Source: an uncultured virus (IMG/VR IMGVR_UViG_3300035188_001343)
Lineage: Duplodnaviria; Heunggongvirae; Uroviricota; Caudoviricetes
Length of the DNA stretch: 64,000 bases
IMG/VR virus record: IMGVR_UViG_3300035188_001343
Reading direction: 5' to 3' (one strand)
Shown here piece after piece: positions 58,136-64,000 of the stretch. The stretch's first letter is position 1, and every line of letters starts with the position of its first letter. The notes beneath the pieces are model-generated. The model had not been told where the DNA came from, searched no databases, and saw only the letters and a list, made by a program, of their open reading frames with translations. A program made the translations under genes and the position numbers.

Positions 58136-59407
58136 ATGGCTATCATTCAAGTAGTTACACAGGATCCAAACTTTGGCTTCATTATTCATAAAAATCCTGC
58201 TAGTGGAATGCAATTAAGAAGCATTAGACAGGGTACCTCTTTTGGATGGTATTCTAAAAATAATACTGTATACAACATTCTATTTAAAGACGCTGACAAC
58301 GCTGTTAGTTTTGGCGATCAAGAATTTGAATATTTAAATACAAGCAGATATAATTCACCAGTATTTGTATTAAATGCAATAAGTGAATATTTCAACTCTA
58401 CGGTAAAATCACAAAGCGAAATTGATGTCGATGGGTTTGAAAAATCATTTTTAATTAACGCAATAGATTTAAAATCACTGTTTCAACTGTCACAATTTGA
58501 AAAATATTTTCCTGATTTTGAAATTGAGTATGATTTATACACTGCAAAATCATTTAAATTGAAAATATCAACCAAAAAAAGTTTTCACATGTTATTCAAC
58601 TATGTTAACTTATTAATGTTGTTCATAGTATTGACTAAAGATGATGAATTTCTACAGTTAAATGATGATTCCATTGAAAAATACTTAAGTTCGATTGAAC
58701 GTTTAAATGCCCCATTTTTCATAAGATATTTATTTAGTCGAAATATGTTGCGAAATAAAAACCAATTCGAAAAATATAAACCTCGGTTAGAAAACACAAC
58801 CTTATATGAATCAACTAAAATGCAATATGGTGATACGGCAACACAAAGATTTCGTGCCATCAAACAATTAGTATCATTCGATAAACCAATTTTGGATATT
58901 GGTTGTGGTGAAGGTTTTTATGCAATCCCATTTTCAATGTTGTTAAATGATGAAATTAACTATTATGCGATTGATATTGATGAAAAATTAATCCAAACAG
59001 TTAGAAAAAAAGCAGATAAAAAGAACATTATAAACTTAAAGGTTTATAACCACATTGATTTATTTTTAAAGAACTATGATGGGGATGTAGTTGATATTAT
59101 TCTCACTGAAGTAATTGAGCATATGCCAATTTATGAAAGTAAAGAATTGATTAAAAAAATTATCAACACTGTCAATTTTAACAAATTAATCATTACTGTC
59201 CCAAACAAAGAATTTAACGAATTTTATATGATTGGTGATGATGAATTTAGACATTACGATCACAAATGGGAACCGACTTACGACGAATTTAAAAATTTAG
59301 TTTTGACAGAAATTGATAGTCAATTTAAAACTGATTTTATTAAAATTGGTGATACTGTAAATGATATTTCCACGAGTATCGGGTGTTTAATTACTAAATC
59401 CGTTTAA
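58136..59407 (+). CDS. hen1: Hen1-like RNA 2'-O-methyltransferase
   Basis: N-terminal FGFIIHKNP, YLNTSRY; LDIGCGEG, EVIEH, TVPNKEFN, FRHYDHKWE; adjacent to pnkp. Confidence 0.85.
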   Translation: MAIIQVVTQDPNFGFIIHKNPASGMQLRSIRQGTSFGWYSKNNTVYNILFKDADNAVSFGDQEFEYLNTSRYNSPVFVLNAISEYFNSTVKSQSEIDVDGFEKSFLINAIDLKSLFQLSQFEKYFPDFEIEYDLYTAKSFKLKISTKKSFHMLFNYVNLLMLFIVLTKDDEFLQLNDDSIEKYLSSIERLNAPFFIRYLFSRNMLRNKNQFEKYKPRLENTTLYESTKMQYGDTATQRFRAIKQLVSFDKPILDIGCGEGFYAIPFSMLLNDEINYYAIDIDEKLIQTVRKKADKKNIINLKVYNHIDLFLKNYDGDVVDIILTEVIEHMPIYESKELIKKIINTVNFNKLIITVPNKEFNEFYMIGDDEFRHYDHKWEPTYDEFKNLVLTEIDSQFKTDFIKIGDTVNDISTSIGCLITKSV

Positions 59408-59443
59408 TCAATATAGTTTACCAATCAATACGAGGATGAAATA

Positions 59444-62119
59444 ATGAATATTATTAAAACACAGTTGCATACTATCATCATGTTAGTTGGACCAACTAAT
59501 AGTGGGAAAACTACTTTTGCGAAAAATGTTTTGATTCCACAATTACATAACGCATTTGATGTTGGAAACAATTTCAAACCGAATATCCAATACATCAGTT
59601 CAGATGATATTCGCAGACAATTATTAGGTGACATCAATATTGATAAATACAACAATATAATGACCGAAGTAAGTGAACAAGCTTTCGAATTACTGTTCAC
59701 CCAACTAAATGTGTTTACAACATATCCGGTTAACGCACATTTTGTTGTTGTAGATACTACTGGATTAAGTGAGGAATTTAGAAATAAAGTAATCGACATT
59801 TCAACAAAAAATAATTATTTTATTGATGTGATTACATTTGACTATAAAAATGTATCCGAATACAAAAAACAGTTTGTGGTTACTGGAAAAGATAGCGGTT
59901 CCACAGATGGGCGTTTAATCTCGAAACATTTGACACGGCTGCATAACGAAGTATTGAAAACCATCAAACGTGAAAAATACAAAAACATCACTCGAATCAA
60001 AGATAAAGGATTTTTACAAGAAATTTTAAACGATGATGGAACAGTTTCATTAGAACCAACTATCAAAATTGAAGTAAAAAATGTAGAGAAATATTCCAAA
60101 AATGTTTTATCAAACGCATATGATTGGATGGTTATCGGTGATGTGCATGGTTGTATTGATGAATTACATCAACTATTAGTAAAAATAGGATTCGGTGTTA
60201 TTGACAATGAATTGTTTGACACTGAAAAATCTAAAAATAAAGGTTTGATTTTTGTCGGTGATTTAGTTGATAAATCAAATGATGACGATTTAGAAAAAAC
60301 CATCAGATTTATCCATAATAGTATGGACAAATTTTCAGACAGATTTCATATGATTTTAGGAAATCATGAAGACATGGTTTACAAATGGATAACCGATGAT
60401 AACTCAATAGAAAAAACGGCAGAACGATACAGACAGAAAGAAATTTACTACAACACAACATTCTTATTAGAAAAAAATGAGGAATTGAAACAACTGTTTT
60501 TTAACATTTTTTCAAAAATGAAACCATGGGTAAAAGTAAATGGAACAAAAAACAAAAGTTTTATTGTTACTCATGCACCATGCGAAACAAAATATTTAGA
60601 AAAAATGGATAAAATTTCTACAACTAAACATTTTAAATGTTTGAGTAGATCAAAAAACAAGAATTTAACTAATGATGAGTTAACACCTTATCTTATGTTA
60701 GAAGCAGTTAATAACCACCCAACACATATTTTTGGTCATTTAGGTCAAAATAATGTGAGAACATTCAAAAACAAAGTATGTATTGATACGGGATGTGTTT
60801 ATGGAAATGAATTAACTGGGTACTCAGTAACGAACAACAAACCATACATTGTATCGGTAGGTTCGATGAAAAAACGCCCAGCATCAAACGATTTTGATAA
60901 CAATCTATTCTCAGTTGTATCCAAATTTGAAAATGTTAACATTAATAGTCTCGATGAATTCAATCAGAAACGATTAAATTATATCGTTTCTAATGGTGTT
61001 GGTTATATCAGTGGTACAATTTCCCCAGCAGATAAAGATGTTGAAACTAAAAATTTGGAATCTTTGAAATCTGGATTAAACTACTATAAAGGTAAATATG
61101 ACTCTTTAATTTTAGAGCCAAAATATATGGGTTCACGGGCACATATCTACTTGAACCGAAACATTGAAAAATGTTATAGCACATCTCGAAACGGATTCAA
61201 AATAAACCGAGATTTAGGCAATTTTTATTCAGATTTGTTGAATGAATATACTCCTCTCATGGATGAATTTAATGCTGATGAAATGGTTTTAGATGGTGAA
61301 TTAATGCCATGGGCTGCAATGGGTACGGGTTTGATTGATAACCAATTCAAAGTTATCGATTTGGTTTTAAAATCGGAGTTAGATTTTTTAAAAGAGAATG
61401 ATTTTGATGTGGCATTCCAAAATTTAGTAGATGTTTGGCAGGACAGCAATTTTGAAAATATCAAAAATACCATGTCAAAAAAGGATTTGAGTGAAAAGTT
61501 CAAACACAACTATGAAAATTTTAAAAATGTAAAAATAGAAGTGGATAGATTTCAGCCGATTGAAACACATTTAGACGCCTGGAGTATTTACAATTCTCAG
61601 GTGGAATTATATGGTGCTGAAGGTGCGGTACATTTTAAACCATTTAGAATTTTAAAACTGAAAGATAAAAATGGTATGGATATTGATATTGGTTTAGATA
61701 CAGTCCAACAGTTTACCAAAATTAACAATGATGATTTTCACATTGTCGATTTTACTAATGAAAATTACCAAGAATTAGCTGACAAATGGTATGAGAATTT
61801 AACAAAAAATAACAAAATGGAAGGATGTGTCATCAAACCATCCACTTTAACGTTATTAAACAATGTTGCACCTTATTTAAAAGTGCGAAATCCAAAATAC
61901 TTGACAATTATCTATGGTTATGATATGTACTTTCCAAAGAAATTTGAAAAATTATTTAACCAAAAAAATATAAACCGAAAAATCAAAGCATCAATTAGAG
62001 ATTATAAATTCGGTGAACAAATGTTAAGTGTTGATATTTCATCTCCAGAATTTAAACAAATTGTTGCGAATTTTATGTTTGAAAGTGAAAAAGATCGAGA
62101 TATTGATCCAAGATTATAA
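59444..62119 (+). CDS. pnkp: polynucleotide kinase-phosphatase-ligase
   Basis: Kinase GPTNSGKT; phosphoesterase GDVHG, GDLVDK, GNHE; ligase EPKYMGSR, LDGELMPW, EGCVIKP. Confidence 0.9.
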   Translation: MNIIKTQLHTIIMLVGPTNSGKTTFAKNVLIPQLHNAFDVGNNFKPNIQYISSDDIRRQLLGDINIDKYNNIMTEVSEQAFELLFTQLNVFTTYPVNAHFVVVDTTGLSEEFRNKVIDISTKNNYFIDVITFDYKNVSEYKKQFVVTGKDSGSTDGRLISKHLTRLHNEVLKTIKREKYKNITRIKDKGFLQEILNDDGTVSLEPTIKIEVKNVEKYSKNVLSNAYDWMVIGDVHGCIDELHQLLVKIGFGVIDNELFDTEKSKNKGLIFVGDLVDKSNDDDLEKTIRFIHNSMDKFSDRFHMILGNHEDMVYKWITDDNSIEKTAERYRQKEIYYNTTFLLEKNEELKQLFFNIFSKMKPWVKVNGTKNKSFIVTHAPCETKYLEKMDKISTTKHFKCLSRSKNKNLTNDELTPYLMLEAVNNHPTHIFGHLGQNNVRTFKNKVCIDTGCVYGNELTGYSVTNNKPYIVSVGSMKKRPASNDFDNNLFSVVSKFENVNINSLDEFNQKRLNYIVSNGVGYISGTISPADKDVETKNLESLKSGLNYYKGKYDSLILEPKYMGSRAHIYLNRNIEKCYSTSRNGFKINRDLGNFYSDLLNEYTPLMDEFNADEMVLDGELMPWAAMGTGLIDNQFKVIDLVLKSELDFLKENDFDVAFQNLVDVWQDSNFENIKNTMSKKDLSEKFKHNYENFKNVKIEVDRFQPIETHLDAWSIYNSQVELYGAEGAVHFKPFRILKLKDKNGMDIDIGLDTVQQFTKINNDDFHIVDFTNENYQELADKWYENLTKNNKMEGCVIKPSTLTLLNNVAPYLKVRNPKYLTIIYGYDMYFPKKFEKLFNQKNINRKIKASIRDYKFGEQMLSVDISSPEFKQIVANFMFESEKDRDIDPRL

Positions 62120-62125
62120 AAACTT

Positions 62126-62149
62126 AAAAGTGGGGAAACCCACTTTTTT
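62126..62149 (+). terminator. intrinsic terminator
   Basis: AAAAGTGGG-GAAA-CCCACTTTTTT. Confidence 0.8.
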
Positions 62150-62200
62150 AATGCATTTTATAGTATAATATAATATATATTTCCATATAGAGATTATCAG

Positions 62201-62824
62201 ATGAAACAATTCAATACATTAGTGTATATTGGTAGATTCCAACCATTCCACAAAGCACATTTAGAAACTATAAAAATTGCCAGCAAACAATGCAAGAATC
62301 TAATTATTATTGTAGGTTCAAACAGTGCACATAGAACGTTGAGAAACCCATTTACATCAGATGAAAGAATCGAAATGATAAAGGGGACAATCGATGAATT
62401 TAACGAACATTGTAAAGATGACGAATCAATAAACGTCAATTTACTATATGAAACAGTGGTAGATTGTCCAGAAGATGATTCAATATGGTGTGGTAGAGTT
62501 AAAAGAGCAGTAGAAAAAGATTCATTAAATTCGGAAAATGTTGGCATTATTGGTCATGTTAAGGATGATAGTTCCTTTTACTTAAAATTGTTTCCAGAAT
62601 GGGAACATGTAAATGTAGATAAAATATATGACATTGATGCTTCAAGTATCCGAAATAGTTTATTTACCGAAAACATGAATTCACAATTGGATGATTATTT
62701 ACAACATATCTCTGTGTTTACCCATGAATTTTTAAAAAGATTCACATCATCATCACATTATGAAAAATTAAATAATGAGTTTACATTATTGTTTTCAAAT
62801 GAAAACTTAAAAAACAAACTATAA
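62201..62824 (+). CDS. NMN adenylyltransferase (NadM-like)
   Basis: YIGRFQPFHKAH, VGS, NPFT..ER, GHVKDDSSFYL, ASSIR. Confidence 0.88.
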   Translation: MKQFNTLVYIGRFQPFHKAHLETIKIASKQCKNLIIIVGSNSAHRTLRNPFTSDERIEMIKGTIDEFNEHCKDDESINVNLLYETVVDCPEDDSIWCGRVKRAVEKDSLNSENVGIIGHVKDDSSFYLKLFPEWEHVNVDKIYDIDASSIRNSLFTENMNSQLDDYLQHISVFTHEFLKRFTSSSHYEKLNNEFTLLFSNENLKNKL

Positions 62825-62844
62825 ACCAATCAGGATAATAGATT

Positions 62845-64000
62845 ATGTCAAATTTGATTTTAAACACCGATAGTTACAAAACGTCACACTTTTCCTTATA
62901 CCCAAACAATTGTACAGGTCAATTTTCTTATATTGAGGCAAGAACCCCAAATAAAAAAATTGTACCGTTTGGCATCACCTTATTCATTAAAAAATATCTG
63001 TTAAACAAAATAACATTGGATGATGTTTTTGAAGCGGAAGAACTTTTAAAAAATCATGGTTTGCCTTTTAACAAAGATGGTTGGTTGAAAATTATTAACG
63101 AATATGATGGTTATTTACCACTATCAATCAAGGCGATTCCTGAAGGATCATTAGTTAATTCACTCGAACCTATTGTTACGATTGAATCTACAGATGAAGA
63201 TTTATTTTGGTTGCCATCATATATTGAAACTGTGTTACAACGTGCAATATGGTTTCCAACGACAATTGCCAGTAATGATTATCAAAATTACCAAGTATTG
63301 AAAAAATACTATGAAGAAACATCAGACCACCAAGAATTACTACAGTTTGCATTACACGATTTTTCTGCAAGAGGGGTTTCATCCGAAGAAACATCAGAAA
63401 TTGGTTCATTAGCCCATTTGTTATATTTTAGAGGTACTGACGCATTATCTGGGATTCTTGCAGGTAGAAAATATTACAACTGTGATATGGCTGGGTTCAG
63501 TATTCCTGCAACCGAACATTCGGTGCAATGTGCTTATGGTAATGAAAATCAAACCACCTATATTGAAGCGTGTTTAAATAATCACAACATGATTAGTATT
63601 GTCTTAGATGGTTATGATATTTTCAGAGAAACATACACTCTATCTGAATTTAAAGACACTATTGTTGGTAATAACAAGACAGTGGTTTTGCGTCCAGATT
63701 CAGGCGATCCGTTTGTAGTATTACCACAACTGTTTACCACATTAGAAGAAAAATTTGGATATACACTAAATTCAAAAGGTTACAAAGTTTTAAACAACGT
63801 GAAAATTATTCAAGGTGATGGTATTGATTCGGATATGATTGTTAAACTGTGTGAAATGGTTAAACAATTAGGATTTTCGGCAGAAATGTTAGTTTATGGT
63901 TCTGGTGGTGGTTTAATTCAAAAAGTTAATCGGGACACATACAGTTTTGCTCAAAAAACATCTGCTATGAAAATCAATGGATTGTGGGTTGATACTGTTA
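62845..64000 (+). CDS. nadV: nicotinamide phosphoribosyltransferase (3'-truncated by window)
   Basis: Not in ORF track; reads MSNLILNTDSYKTSH...LHDFSARG...SIPATEHS...RPDSGDP...IQGDG. Confidence 0.9.
   Translation, partial: MSNLILNTDSYKTSHFSLYPNNCTGQFSYIEARTPNKKIVPFGITLFIKKYLLNKITLDDVFEAEELLKNHGLPFNKDGWLKIINEYDGYLPLSIKAIPEGSLVNSLEPIVTIESTDEDLFWLPSYIETVLQRAIWFPTTIASNDYQNYQVLKKYYEETSDHQELLQFALHDFSARGVSSEETSEIGSLAHLLYFRGTDALSGILAGRKYYNCDMAGFSIPATEHSVQCAYGNENQTTYIEACLNNHNMISIVLDGYDIFRETYTLSEFKDTIVGNNKTVVLRPDSGDPFVVLPQLFTTLEEKFGYTLNSKGYKVLNNVKIIQGDGIDSDMIVKLCEMVKQLGFSAEMLVYGSGGGLIQKVNRDTYSFAQKTSAMKINGLWVDTV

Overview
AT-rich, gene-dense 64-kb segment of a large T4-like/jumbo tailed phage. The host is plausibly in Campylobacterota, judged from the epsilon-type QueE insert and the recurrent gTATAAT promoter boxes (inference). 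Three themes dominate. (1) Replication enzymes are encoded in pieces joined by split inteins. A UvsW-like helicase is in three genes, with the N-piece about 15 kb away on the opposite strand. A DnaB/gp41-like helicase is in at least three genes, and a GyrA/gp52-like topoisomerase subunit is in two. Two of these inteins are related, atypically split (23- and 25-aa N-halves) and sit in the Walker A loops of the two helicases. (2) There is an expanded 7-deazaguanine-type modification toolkit: four TGT/DpdA-like paralogues (two QG-type, two HG-type, all ending in -LF), QueE, QueC, a stand-alone class II glutamine amidotransferase and two ArcS/DUF5591-like proteins. (3) Counter-defence and auxiliary genes include Hen1-Pnkp RNA repair, Nmnat+Nampt NAD salvage, a GmrSD-like nuclease, two Cas4-like nucleases, GroEL, a TonB-dependent receptor, MtnD, a U32-family protein, a probably inactive LigA-like protein and PIN-PhoH with a degenerate duplicate 3' end. 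There are also five free-standing homing-endonuclease-like genes. No tRNA, rRNA or CRISPR array was recognised. All assignments come from motif recognition by eye; no database search was run.
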